From contig JASLAP010000113.1 of the NCBI GenBank assembly GCA_030147065.1, positions 1 through 46,339 of the forward strand: a stretch of 46,339 nt of DNA. The letters run 5' to 3'. Source of the stretch: Pseudonocardia sp. (lineage in GTDB: Bacteria; Actinomycetota; Actinomycetes; Mycobacteriales; Pseudonocardiaceae). The translations under genes and the position numbers were made by a program. Under the pieces are notes generated by a model. That model was not told the origin of the DNA. It searched no databases and was given only the letters and a program-made list of their open reading frames with translations. This document shows, in pieces, positions 9,495-19,050 of this stretch (positions are counted from its first letter, which is position 1; each line of letters starts with the position of its first letter).

Positions 9495-11362
9495 CCGGCG
9501 GCCCCGAACGGGCGGGGGACGCCGACGTCGACCGCCCCGACGCAGATCGGCTGCTCCGCGTCGGCCGGCTCGATGGTCACCGCCGACACCGACCCGGTGA
9601 CCTGCACGTAGGCCTCCTGCGGACCGGCCGGGAAGAGCACCGGCACCCGGTGGTCGCCGGCGCTGACCCAGGCGGTGTTGTCGGCCGCCGACAGCGACCG
9701 GATCCGGATCACCCAGCGCCCCGGCGGGGTCGGCGCGGCCAGCGGGATCCGCACCAGCGGCCCCCGGACGTACCAGCCGCAGCCCGGCTCGGGGCCGGGC
9801 GGCGCGGCGGCGGTCGCCGGGACGTCGGCGAACTGCACGTGCCCGGCCGCGTCCAGGATCGCCAACCCGGGGGAGGACCGGCCGTCGGCCAGGAACACCG
9901 GCTGCGGGACCGCGGCGAGCACCCGCGAGGCCAGCGCCTGCTCGCCCAGCACCGACCACATCACCGCGTCGGGCACCGGGGCGTCGTAGAGCACGATTCC
10001 CGGCCGCGCGGCCAGTTCGGCGCGGGCCGTCTCGACGAACGGCCGGGCCGGGTTGGCCGCCCACCGGTGGGCGTACCCCGCGGTGGACACCACCGATCCC
10101 ACGGCCAGCGCCAGCACCACGGCCGTGCCCAGCCCGAGCCGCGTCCGGGGCGCCGCCGTCCAGCGGCGCAGCGCCGCCGCGAGCGGTCCGGGGCGTTCGC
10201 GCAGGACCTGCGGCGCGCCCAGCACCGGCATCGTGGCCAGGCCCAGGCACAGCGCACCGACCAGCGCGATCTCGGTGAAGTAGCGGTACTCCCTGGCCAG
10301 CGCGTACGGGCCGATGACCTGCGCCCGGCTCACCGCGAGCAGCAGGCACGACCCGATCACGGTGACCGCCAGCAGCGCCCACGCGCGTCCGGCGCCGCGG
10401 CGGCGGACCACCGTCGCCACCACCACCGCGGCCACCGCCACCGCGGCCAGCACCTGCGCCCACCCCGGCGGGTCGGTCAGGGCCAGCGTCGGCGGGAAGT
10501 CCTCCCACCGCCACGGCCCGCCGACCAGCCCGGGCAGCACCGAGTGCCGCACCGCCGAGCCGACCAGCACCGCGGCGTCGCCGGCGGAGGCCAGACCGCG
10601 CACCGGGGACGGGATCGTCAGCAGGTAGAAGGTGGTGAACGCGGCGCCGATCAGCCCGTAGAGCGTCCAGCCGAGGCGGTGGCGGCGCAGCAGGTCCGCG
10701 ATCCGGGCGACGCCCCGGCTGCGGCCGAACCACAGCAGCGTCACCGCGGCCAGCAGCGGCAGCGCCAGCACGGTCTTCTCGGAGAACATCAACCCGCCCA
10801 CCACGGCCGCCGCCGCCGCGACCGCGTCCTGCGGACGGCCCGAGCGCAGGTACCGGACGTGCGCGGTGAGCGCGAGCACCACGGCGAGCTGCAGCGGGAG
10901 CTGGTTGAGCGCGGCTGCCCACCACAGGAACGCCGGCAGGGTCATCGCGCTCGCCAGGTACACCGCCAGTGGCAGCAGCACGGCCGGCCGGCGCCCGAAC
11001 AGCGTCAGCAGCAGCCGCAGCAGGGCGACGTCGACCGCGAGCTGGCCGAGCAGCAGCAGCCCGACGGTGGCCGGCCAGCTCAGCGGGGTGACCGCGGTCA
11101 GCGCGTCGACCAGCAGGAACGCCCCCGGCATGAGGTGGCCGTTGTAGTCGGCCAGCAGCCCGGCGAGCTCCAGCGGTTCGCGCACCGCGCGGTCGACGAA
11201 CACGAAGTCGTCGAGCAGGAAGTAGCCCGGCGCCGAGGCCCAGGCGCGCAGCCCGAGCTGCGCGGCGATGAGCACCGCGGCGAGCGCGACGACGGGCAGT
11301 GCCCGGGTACCGGCCGGCGAGTCCGGCTCGTCGGCGCGGGCGAGCACGGCGGTGGGCGTCAT
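9491..11362 (-). CDS. Polytopic membrane protein, probable GT-C-fold glycosyltransferase
   Basis: Acidic DD (YFLLDDF) just after the first TM, YNGHLMPG, FSEK, many TMs, soluble C-terminal domain; RBS GGAGG. Confidence 0.6.
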   Translation of the reverse strand: MTPTAVLARADEPDSPAGTRALPVVALAAVLIAAQLGLRAWASAPGYFLLDDFVFVDRAVREPLELAGLLADYNGHLMPGAFLLVDALTAVTPLSWPATVGLLLLGQLAVDVALLRLLLTLFGRRPAVLLPLAVYLASAMTLPAFLWWAAALNQLPLQLAVVLALTAHVRYLRSGRPQDAVAAAAAVVGGLMFSEKTVLALPLLAAVTLLWFGRSRGVARIADLLRRHRLGWTLYGLIGAAFTTFYLLTIPSPVRGLASAGDAAVLVGSAVRHSVLPGLVGGPWRWEDFPPTLALTDPPGWAQVLAAVAVAAVVVATVVRRRGAGRAWALLAVTVIGSCLLLAVSRAQVIGPYALAREYRYFTEIALVGALCLGLATMPVLGAPQVLRERPGPLAAALRRWTAAPRTRLGLGTAVVLALAVGSVVSTAGYAHRWAANPARPFVETARAELAARPGIVLYDAPVPDAVMWSVLGEQALASRVLAAVPQPVFLADGRSSPGLAILDAAGHVQFADVPATAAAPPGPEPGCGWYVRGPLVRIPLAAPTPPGRWVIRIRSLSAADNTAWVSAGDHRVPVLFPAGPQEAYVQVTGSVSAVTIEPADAEQPICVGAVDVGVPRPFGAAG

Positions 11363-11460
11363 CGCCTGGACCTCCTCCGATCCCCCGGACGCGGGGCGGC
11401 CCCAGCGTAGGAGACCGGGTTACTCCTCGGTAGGTCCGTTCGGAGCCGTCGCGATCATCC

Positions 11461-11889
11461 TCAGCGGACCGAGCCGGTGCGGACGCGGCGGCGGTAGTCG
11501 CCCTCGGCCGTCGCGGCGAAGTCCTGCGCCTCCAGCCACCGCACGACGTCGGCGCCCCGCGGGTGGTCGGCGTGCACCCGGTTGTAGACGTAGTTGAGGT
11601 GCCGGGAGGCGGCCTCCCGGTCGAGCCGGTCCAGGATCTCGGCGCCGACGCCGGACCCGCGGGCCCCCGGCGCCACCAGGACCAGGATCTCGGCGTCGCC
11701 CCAGACGTCGTCGAGCCGGCCGAACCCGACGACCTCGCCGCCGTCCTCCAGCCGCCACCACTCGTCACCGAGCTGGGCGCCGGGCTCGGCGCCGCGGATG
11801 CCGAACAGCTCCGGGCGCAGCTCGCCCACCACCCGGGCCTTGGCCTCGTCCCACCGGGCCGAGGCCTCGTGGACCCACTCACGTGCCAT
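11461..11889 (-). CDS. GNAT family N-acetyltransferase
   Basis: LVAPGARGSGVG acetyl-CoA motif A, EVVGFG; 142 aa; RBS GGGAG. Confidence 0.85.
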   Translation of the reverse strand: MAREWVHEASARWDEAKARVVGELRPELFGIRGAEPGAQLGDEWWRLEDGGEVVGFGRLDDVWGDAEILVLVAPGARGSGVGAEILDRLDREAASRHLNYVYNRVHADHPRGADVVRWLEAQDFAATAEGDYRRRVRTGSVR

Positions 11890-12020
11890 GGTCTGCTCCC
11901 GTCGTCGGAGGCCGGGCGCCGTCGCCCGCCCGATTGTCCGCGGCAGCGATGACGCCCGTCGACTCCTGTACCCGATCGCGGGACCGCCGATCCGCCGCCG
12001 ACCGGGCCGGGAGACGCTGC

Positions 12021-12443
12021 TCAGCAGTCCTCGTCGAGCTTCACCACCCCGAAGTCGATCTCGGTACCCGGGGTGATCGTGCTGCCGGGCGCCACGTTCT
12101 GGTCGCAGACCTGCCAGTTGCGGTCGGACACCTGCATCCGGTCCGCGCCGGTCGTGTCGTGGCTCCTCGTGATCGGGATCCCGTAGCCGGTGAGGGACTG
12201 GATCGCGTTCTGCGCGTCCTGCAGGCCCACACCGACCAGGTTCGGCATGATCCAACTGGTGGGCGCGGCGGGAGCTGCGGGCGCGACCGTGACCGCGGTG
12301 GCGGCCGGAGGTGCCTCAATGGCGGACGGGCGAGCAGCGGCGGTAGGTGCCGTGGCCGGCGTCGTGGGAGCCGGCGCCGGTGCGGCGCAGGCCGAGAGCA
12401 GCCAGAGGGCTGCTGCCGTGGTGACGGCAAGGACGTGACGCAA
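12021..12443 (-). CDS. Lipoprotein with Pro/Ala linker and PASTA-like domain
   Basis: Lipobox LSAC; MPNLVGVGLQDA...WQVCDQ..APG. Confidence 0.75.
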   Translation of the reverse strand: MRHVLAVTTAAALWLLSACAAPAPAPTTPATAPTAAARPSAIEAPPAATAVTVAPAAPAAPTSWIMPNLVGVGLQDAQNAIQSLTGYGIPITRSHDTTGADRMQVSDRNWQVCDQNVAPGSTITPGTEIDFGVVKLDEDC

Positions 12444-12556
12444 GGGAGCTCCAGACGGTCGGTGTTGATCGCCTCGCTGACCGCGATCGGAGTGTTACAG
12501 CCTGTATCGCCTGGGCGAGCAGGAAGCCCGGACTCGGGGCGGTGGAGTCGTGCGGC

Positions 12557-12585
12557 TTGATATGGGATCCAATCCGGCCCACACT
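12557..12585 (+). promoter_or_regulatory. Putative promoter TTGATA-N17-CACACT with a GntR/VanR-type operator ATGGGATCCAAT (12562-12573)
   Basis: Near-palindrome overlapping the -35/spacer upstream of the Rieske gene; a GntR gene lies in the same operon. Confidence 0.6.
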
Positions 12586-12617
12586 TGATCCTGCCGCCAC
12601 TGCGAGGAGGGCCGCCC

Positions 12618-13967
12618 GTGCTCAGCCGCCAGGACAACGAACGCCTCACCCGCACCGATCCGGGGACGCCGATGGGCCGGCTGCTGCGCGCCTACTGGCA
12701 GCCGGCCGCCCTGGTCTCGGAGATGACCGCCGAGCGCCCGGTCAAAGCGGTCCGGCTGCTCGGCGAGGACCTGGTGCTGTTCCGCCGCGGGTCCCCGGAC
12801 GGCGCCGGCGAGTGGGCGCTGATCAGCCGGTTCTGCGCGCACCGCGGGGTCGACCTGTCCTTCGGGCGGCTGGAGGACGGCGGGCTGCGCTGCCTCTACC
12901 ACGGCTGGCTCTACGGCCCCGACGGCCGCTGCCTGGAGCAGCCCGCCGAGCCCGCGCACAGCACGTTCGCCGCCAAGATCCGGATCGCCAGCTACCCGTG
13001 CGTGGAGCGCAACGGCATCGTGTTCGCCTACCTCGGCGCCGGGGACCCGCCGCCGCTGCCCGGCTACGACTGCTTCACCGCCCCGGCGGAGTACACCTTC
13101 GCGTTCAAGGGCCTGTGGGAGTGCAACTGGCTGCAGGGCGTCGAGGGCGGCATCGACCCCAGCCACGTGTCGTTCCTGCACCGGTTCGTCGGCGAGGACC
13201 CGCGCGCGGCCTACGGCCAGCAGTTCAGCGAGGAGGTCACCGGCACCGGCCGCAAGCTCTCCGAGCTGGTCGGCGACCACTTCCGGCCCGACATCGAGGT
13301 CGAGCCGGCCGAGCACGGGCTGCGGGTGTTCGCCGTGCGCCGGCTCACCGAGGACGTCTCCCACGTGCGGGTGACCAACCTGCTGTTCCCCAACGCGTTC
13401 GTGGTGCCCTTCGGCAACAGCAAGGCGTTCGTGCAGTGGCACGTCCCGGTCGACGACGGCAACCACTACTGGTACATGGTGCTCTACGACTTCGCCGAGC
13501 CGACCGACCGGGAGACGCTGCTGGCCCAGCGGCTGGCCGAGGTGACGCTGCCGGACTACCGGCCGCTGCGCAACCGGTCCAACGACTGGGGCTTCGACCC
13601 CGCCGAGCAGCGCGAGCTCACCTACACCGGGATGGGCCTGGACATCAACGTGCACGACCAGTGGGCGGTGGAGAGCATGGGCCGCATCCAGGACCGCACG
13701 GTGGAGCGCCTCGGGGTGTCCGACCGCGCGGTCACCGCCAACCGGCGGCTCCTGCTGCGCTCGCTGGAGGCCTTCGAGGCGGGCGCCCCGCTGCCGGCGC
13801 AGGCCCTCGACGCGGCCTCGGCCGCGGCGCAGACCGGGCCGGCCGCCGTCGACCTGATCAGCCCGGCCGAGGGCTGGCAGCAGCGCTGGGCGCAGCACGA
13901 CGCCGAGCGGCGCGCGGCGTCGCCGTGGGCGGGGCGCACGCGCAGCGCGGAGCCCGCCGATGCGTAA
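12618..13967 (+). CDS. Rieske non-heme iron oxygenase alpha subunit (phthalate dioxygenase/LigXa-like)
   Basis: CAHRG...CLYHGW Rieske ligands; EGGIDPSHVSFLH and VHDQWAVESMG iron ligands; RBS GAGGAGG before GTG 12618. Confidence 0.92.
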   Translation: MLSRQDNERLTRTDPGTPMGRLLRAYWQPAALVSEMTAERPVKAVRLLGEDLVLFRRGSPDGAGEWALISRFCAHRGVDLSFGRLEDGGLRCLYHGWLYGPDGRCLEQPAEPAHSTFAAKIRIASYPCVERNGIVFAYLGAGDPPPLPGYDCFTAPAEYTFAFKGLWECNWLQGVEGGIDPSHVSFLHRFVGEDPRAAYGQQFSEEVTGTGRKLSELVGDHFRPDIEVEPAEHGLRVFAVRRLTEDVSHVRVTNLLFPNAFVVPFGNSKAFVQWHVPVDDGNHYWYMVLYDFAEPTDRETLLAQRLAEVTLPDYRPLRNRSNDWGFDPAEQRELTYTGMGLDINVHDQWAVESMGRIQDRTVERLGVSDRAVTANRRLLLRSLEAFEAGAPLPAQALDAASAAAQTGPAAVDLISPAEGWQQRWAQHDAERRAASPWAGRTRSAEPADA

Positions 13968-15501
13968 CACCGACGAGCGCCCGGTGGCCGAGGGCGGGAG
14001 CGGCGCCCGGCCCCTGCTCGACGGCGACCGCGGCGGCTTCGTGGAGCGCCACGACCTGTGGTCCGACCGGCACTACGCCGCCGCCGCGCAGCTGCGCCGG
14101 GTCGTCGACGAGCTGGGCGTCGAGCTGGTCCGGGTCTGCTTCACCGACCAGCACGGCGTCCTGCGCGGCAAGGCGATCACCCGCGCGGCCCTGCCCGGGG
14201 TGCTGCGCGCCGGGCTGACCGTGCCGTCCTCGCTGCTGCTCAAGGACACCTCGGGCCGGTCGTCGTTCCCGGTCTTCGAGTCGCTCACGCTGGACGGCTA
14301 CCGCGGCTTCGCCGGGGCGGGCGACGTCGTCCTGGTGGCCGACCCGACGACCTTCCGGGTGCTGCCGTGGTCGCCGCGGACCGGGCTGGTGCTGGCCGAC
14401 CTGCACTACCCGGACGGCCGCGCGGTGCCGTTCTGCGGTCGCGGCACGCTGCGCACCCACCTCGACCGGCTCGCCGGACGCGACCTCGCGCTGACCGTCG
14501 GCACCGAGCTGGAGTTCCACGTCTTCGCCCGGGAGGGCCCGGACGTCGGGGTTGCCGCCGGGGTTGCCGAGGCCGCGGTCAGCCGGCCCGGGCGACCCGG
14601 CGCCGCGCCCGCGGTCCGCCCGCTCACCCCGGGTGCCCAGCTGCTCAAGCTCGACTCCCTGGACACCGTCGACCACCTCGTCGAGGAGCTGCAGCGCGGG
14701 CTGACCCGGCTGGACCTGCCGCTGCGCTCGATCGAGCTGGAGTTCGGGCCCGGCCAGTTCGAGCTGACCCTGGAGGCCGGCGACGCCGCCGAGGTCGCCG
14801 ACCAGGTGGTGCTGTGCCGCACCGCGGTCAAGCAGATCTGCCGGCGGCTGGGCCTGCACGCGACCTTCATGTCCCGCCCGGTCGGCACCGAGACCGCCTC
14901 CACCGGCTGGCACCTGCACCAGTCGCTGCGCAACACCGCCACCGGCGCCCCGATCTTCGCCCGGCCCGAGGCCGACGCCGGGGAGGTGCTCAGCGACAGC
15001 GGCCGCTACTACCTGGGCGGCCTGCTGCAGCACGCCGCCGCCGCGGCTGCCTTCACCACCCCGACGGTCAACGGCTACAAGCGCTACCAGCCGTTCTCGC
15101 TGGCTCCCGACCGGGTGCTGTGGGGGCTGGACAACAAGGCGGCGATGGTCCGCGTCGTCGGCCGGGCCGGCGACCCGGACGCCCGGTTGGAGAACCGCTC
15201 CGGCGAGCCCGCCGCCAACCCCTACCTCTACATCCTGTCGCAGCTGGTCAGCGGCCTGGACGGGATGGACCGCCAGCTCGCGCCCGGCCCGCCCAGCGAC
15301 TCGCCCTACCAGGACGAGGCACCCCGGCTGCCGGCCACGCTCGGCGACGCCGTCGCCGCGCTGGACGCCAGCGCGCTGTTCCGCGACGCCCTCGGCGACC
15401 CCGTCGTGGACTGGTACGTGCACCTCAAGCGGGCCGAGTTCGCCCGGTACCTGGCCGAGGTGTCGGACTGGGAGCAGCGTGAGTACTTCGACCTCCTCTG
15501 A
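13960..15501 (+). CDS. Glutamine synthetase-like protein (probable gamma-glutamyl-amine ligase)
   Basis: DQHGVLRGK, GTELEF, EFGPGQFE, GWHLHQSL, NGYKR, LENRSGEPAANPY; overlaps the Rieske stop. Confidence 0.9.
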   Translation: MRNTDERPVAEGGSGARPLLDGDRGGFVERHDLWSDRHYAAAAQLRRVVDELGVELVRVCFTDQHGVLRGKAITRAALPGVLRAGLTVPSSLLLKDTSGRSSFPVFESLTLDGYRGFAGAGDVVLVADPTTFRVLPWSPRTGLVLADLHYPDGRAVPFCGRGTLRTHLDRLAGRDLALTVGTELEFHVFAREGPDVGVAAGVAEAAVSRPGRPGAAPAVRPLTPGAQLLKLDSLDTVDHLVEELQRGLTRLDLPLRSIELEFGPGQFELTLEAGDAAEVADQVVLCRTAVKQICRRLGLHATFMSRPVGTETASTGWHLHQSLRNTATGAPIFARPEADAGEVLSDSGRYYLGGLLQHAAAAAAFTTPTVNGYKRYQPFSLAPDRVLWGLDNKAAMVRVVGRAGDPDARLENRSGEPAANPYLYILSQLVSGLDGMDRQLAPGPPSDSPYQDEAPRLPATLGDAVAALDASALFRDALGDPVVDWYVHLKRAEFARYLAEVSDWEQREYFDLL

Positions 15502-16252
15502 ATCCTCCGCCGCGTCACCCGCCGGGACCTCCTCCGCCACCCCGGCCGCGTCCGGCGGCGCCATGGTCGACGACCTGACCGCCCGGATCCGCGAGCGCAT
15601 CCTGTCCGGCGACCTGCCGATCGGCGCCCCGCTGCGCCAGGCCGACCTGGCCGCGGGCTTCGGGGTCAGCCGGATGCCGGTCCGCGAGGCCCTGCGCCGG
15701 CTGCAGAGCAGCGGGCTGATCGAGGTGTTCCCGCACCGCGGCGCCGTGGTCCGGGCGCCCGCGCCGTGGGAGGTCCGCGAGACCTACGAGGTGCGCGCCG
15801 AGCTGGAGGCGCTGGCCGCCCGCCGCGCGGTGCCCCGGATCTCGCCGGCGCAGGTCGCCGAGCTGCGCCGGATCAACGACGACATGCGCCGGCGCACGGC
15901 CGATCGCGACGCCGCCGACGGGGGCGGGGCCGTCGACGCGGCCCCCGAGCAGCGCCACCGGGGCAGCGAGACCTTCCACAACCTGATCGCCGCGTGCGCG
16001 GGCAACGAGCGGCTCAGCCGCACCATCGACGAGCTGCACGCGGCCTACCCGCGCAACCTGCTGGTCCGGATGCTGGTCGAGGACCCGCGCTACTGCACGG
16101 AGAACTTCGCCGAGCACGACCGGATCGTCGACGCGCTGGCCGCCGGGGACGCCGAGACCGCCGGCACCCGGATGCGCGGGCACGTGCTGCGGGCCGGCGA
16201 GCAGCTCGCCCGCTGGTTCGAACGCCGGTCCTCCACGGTTTTCCGCGGCTGA
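15479..16252 (+). CDS. GntR family (FCD) transcriptional regulator
   Basis: [11 protein letters not shown] w[21 protein letters not shown]; alternative start ATG 15563. Confidence 0.9.
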   Translation: MSTSTSSESSAASPAGTSSATPAASGGAMVDDLTARIRERILSGDLPIGAPLRQADLAAGFGVSRMPVREALRRLQSSGLIEVFPHRGAVVRAPAPWEVRETYEVRAELEALAARRAVPRISPAQVAELRRINDDMRRRTADRDAADGGGAVDAAPEQRHRGSETFHNLIAACAGNERLSRTIDELHAAYPRNLLVRMLVEDPRYCTENFAEHDRIVDALAAGDAETAGTRMRGHVLRAGEQLARWFERRSSTVFRG

Positions 16253-16301
16253 GCGCGGTTGCGGACAGGAACTGACCGGACCGCTCCCTACCGTCCACCG
16301 C

Positions 16302-17582
16302 GTGCCGACGACATCCCCCGACACCGCCCTCGACCTGCAGCCCTTCCGCATCGCGATCCCGCAGGACCAGCTCGACGACCTGCACGCCCGCCTGGCGAAC
16401 ACCCGCTGGCCCGACGAGCTGCCCGGCGTGGGCTGGGACCGCGGCGTGCCCGTGGGCTACCTGCGGGAGCTGGCCGACTACTGGCGCACCGGCTTCGACT
16501 GGCGCGCCCAGGAGGCCGCGCTCAACGCCCACCCGCAGTTCCGCACCACCGTCGACGGGCAGACCGTGCACTTCCTGCACGTGCGCTCACCGCACCCGGA
16601 CGCCGTGCCGCTGGTCCTGCTGCACGGCTGGCCCGGCGGGGTCGTCGACTTCCTGGACGTGCTCGGGCCGCTGTCCGACCCGGCCGCGCACGGCGGCGAC
16701 CCGGCGGACGCGTTCCACCTGGTCGTGCCGTCGCTGCCCGGGTTCGGCTTCTCCACCCCGCTGAACGGGCCCGGCATGGGGCCGGCCCGGATGGCCGAGG
16801 TGCTGCGCACCCTGATGACCCGGCTCGGCCACCCCCGCTACGGCATCCAGGGCTACGACGCCGGCGCCTGGGTGGGTCCGGACATGGCGAGCCAGGACCC
16901 GGACCGGGTGGTGGGCCTGCACCTCAACGCCCTGCTCACCTTCCCCACCGGCGCCGACGGCGAGTTCGACGGCCTCACCCCGGCCGAGCAGCGCCGCTGG
17001 CAGGCCATGCAGGACTTCAACGACGGCTACCTGCAGTGCAACTCCAAACGGCCGCAGACGGTGGCCTACGGGCTGCACGACTCCCCGGTCGGGCAGCTGG
17101 CCTGGATCGTGGAGAAGTTCAAGGAGCTCACCGACCCTGCCGACGGGCTGCCCGAGGACAGCATCGACCGCGACCGGATGCTCACCGACGTGGCGCTGTA
17201 CTGGTTCACCGGCACCGCCGGCTCGGCGGCCCAGATCTACTACGAGTCCATGTCCGCGGCGGACTGGTCGGGCGGCGACGACGACAGCACCGCCTGGGGC
17301 TACGACGGCAGCACCGACGGCAGCACCGACGGCAGCACCGGCGGCAGCACGGACGGCAGCACCGGCGATGGCGGCGCGGAGGGCTGGGCCGCGCCGGCGA
17401 AGGGCACCGTGCCCACCGGCGTCCTGGTCTCCGCGCACGACGTCACCATCCGGCCGTGGGCCGAGCGCGACCACCACGTGGTGCGCTGGACCGAGCTGGA
17501 CCGCGGCGGACACTTCCTGGCCATGGAGGCCCCGGACCTGCTGGTCGACGACGTGCGCGCGTTCTTCCGCGGCCTGCGCTGA
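16302..17582 (+). CDS. Epoxide hydrolase, microsomal (EHN) type
   Basis: [27 protein letters not shown], nucleophile QGYDAG, GGHF. Confidence 0.9.
   Translation: MPTTSPDTALDLQPFRIAIPQDQLDDLHARLANTRWPDELPGVGWDRGVPVGYLRELADYWRTGFDWRAQEAALNAHPQFRTTVDGQTVHFLHVRSPHPDAVPLVLLHGWPGGVVDFLDVLGPLSDPAAHGGDPADAFHLVVPSLPGFGFSTPLNGPGMGPARMAEVLRTLMTRLGHPRYGIQGYDAGAWVGPDMASQDPDRVVGLHLNALLTFPTGADGEFDGLTPAEQRRWQAMQDFNDGYLQCNSKRPQTVAYGLHDSPVGQLAWIVEKFKELTDPADGLPEDSIDRDRMLTDVALYWFTGTAGSAAQIYYESMSAADWSGGDDDSTAWGYDGSTDGSTDGSTGGSTDGSTGDGGAEGWAAPAKGTVPTGVLVSAHDVTIRPWAERDHHVVRWTELDRGGHFLAMEAPDLLVDDVRAFFRGLR
17304..17363 (+). repeat. In-frame tandem repeat, 5 x 12 bp (GACGGCAGCACC; copy 4 is GGCGGCAGCACG), encoding DGST/GGST
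   Basis: Read directly from the sequence. Confidence 0.95.
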
Positions 17583-17687
17583 GCCCGCGGCGAAATCCGG
17601 TGCGTTCGCCGGCACCGGTCCGGCATCGTCGGGCCCGGGGCGGCCGGCCGGGGGAGGGCCGGCCGCCGGGGGACCTCGGGGGAGAGC

Positions 17688-18910
17688 ATGTCGGGTGCGG
17701 TGTCACGGTCGTTGGCGGTGGCGGTGGTGGTCGGTGGCGGTGGTGGGCGGCGGGATCGGCGGATCGACCGCGGCCCTCGAGCTGGTGCGGGCCGGGTTCG
17801 ACGTCCGGGTGTACGAGCAGGCCGGCGGGGTGTCCGAGGTCGGCGCGGGCATCCAGCTGGCTCCGAACGCCACCCGCGTCCTTCGCGGGCTGGGCGTGCT
17901 GCCGGCCGTCGAGCAGGTGGCCGTCCGCCCCGACGCGCTGGAGTTCCGCCGCTGGGACGACGGCCGGCTGCTGTCGCAGACCCCGCTCGGCCTGGAGATC
18001 GAGCAGGCCTTCGGGGCGCCGTACCTCCACGTCCACCGGGCCGACCTGATCGCCGTCCTGCAGGCTGCGCTGCCGGCCGGGTGCGTCCGGGTCGGGCGGC
18101 GCTGCGTCGGGGTGACCCACGAGGGCGGGCGCGCCCGGGTCGCCTTCGCCGACGGCTCCAGCGAGGTCGCCGACGTCGTCGTCGGGGCCGACGGCATCCA
18201 CTCCGCGGTCCGGGAGTCGCTGTCGGGCCCGCAGGACGCCCGGTTCACCGGCCACGTCGCCTACCGCGGGCTCGTCCCGGTCGAGCGGCTGGCCCACCTG
18301 CCCATCGAGCGCCGCTGCACCGTGCGGCTCGGGCCGGGCGCGCACCTGGTGCACTACCTCGTCGCGGCCGGGCGGCTGCTCAACGTGGTGTGCGTGGTGG
18401 AGGAGGGCTCCTGGGCCCGGGAGTCCTGGACCGACCGCGGCGAGCCGGCCGACCTGCGGGCCGCCTTTCGCCGGCTGGCACCCCACGGTCGGCGGCATCC
18501 TCGACGCGCTGGGCACCCCGCTGAAGTGGGCGCTGTTCGACCGGCCGCCGCTGCCCCGGTGGGGCACCGGTGCGGTCACCCTGCTCGGCGACGCCTGCCA
18601 CCCGATGCTGCCCTACGGCGCGCAGGGCGCCGCCCAGGCCGTGGAGGACGCCGCCACCCTCGCGGCGTGCCTGGCTTCCGGCGCCGACGACATCCCGGCG
18701 GCGCTGGCCCGCTACGAGGAGCTGCGCCGCGACCGGACGGCCCGGGTGCAGGCGATCTCCCGGGACAACGGCCGGCGCTTCCACCTGCCCGACGGCCCCG
18801 GGCAGCGGGCCCGCGACGAGGCGATGGCCGCGGCGTTCGGCCTGTCGCCGGACATCACCTGGCTCTACGGCCACGACGTCCGCGCCGCGGACCCGCGCGT
18901 CCCCAGCTGA
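17688..18910 (+). pseudogene. FAD-dependent monooxygenase (salicylate hydroxylase-like), frameshifted
   Basis: GGGIGG, GADGIHS and LLGDACHPMLPYGAQG motifs split across frames by a 16-nt duplication (17731-17746) and an extra T (18466-18468). Confidence 0.85.
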
Positions 18911-19041
18911 CCCTGTTCATCCCGGCCACCGTGCGCAAGCAGATGGAGCACTGGTTCGACCGCACCGGCGTGCGCACCCGGAGCGCGGCGGTGGCCCGGG
19001 TGCTGGCCGGCCCACCGCACCGCGAGCTGCCGCCACGCTGA
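18910..19041 (+). pseudogene. Remnant of a LuxR-type HTH C-terminus
   Basis: TLFIPATVRKQMEHWFDRTGVRTRSAAVARVL resembles the LuxR recognition-helix region; no N-terminal part or start. Confidence 0.6.
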
Positions 19042-19050
19042 GCGGCGCGG

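Noticed and set aside
4521..9611. 1696-aa ORF and similar long Arg/Gly/Pro-rich ORFs (e.g. 23643-26957, 23485-26496, 34188-37331)
   Set aside because: Shadow frames of real genes; stops are scarce at this GC content and no domain motifs are present.
9495..11882. N-terminal 796 aa of the 1242-aa minus-strand ORF
   Set aside because: Off-frame read of the GNAT and membrane genes; the real acyltransferase begins at about 9494.
12021..12600. Lower-GC PASTA lipoprotein region as a mobile insertion
   Set aside because: No flanking repeats, integrase or transposase; short genes and promoter regions often dip in GC.
17304..17363. Repeat considered as a CRISPR array
   Set aside because: 12-bp contiguous coding repeat with no spacers and no cas genes.
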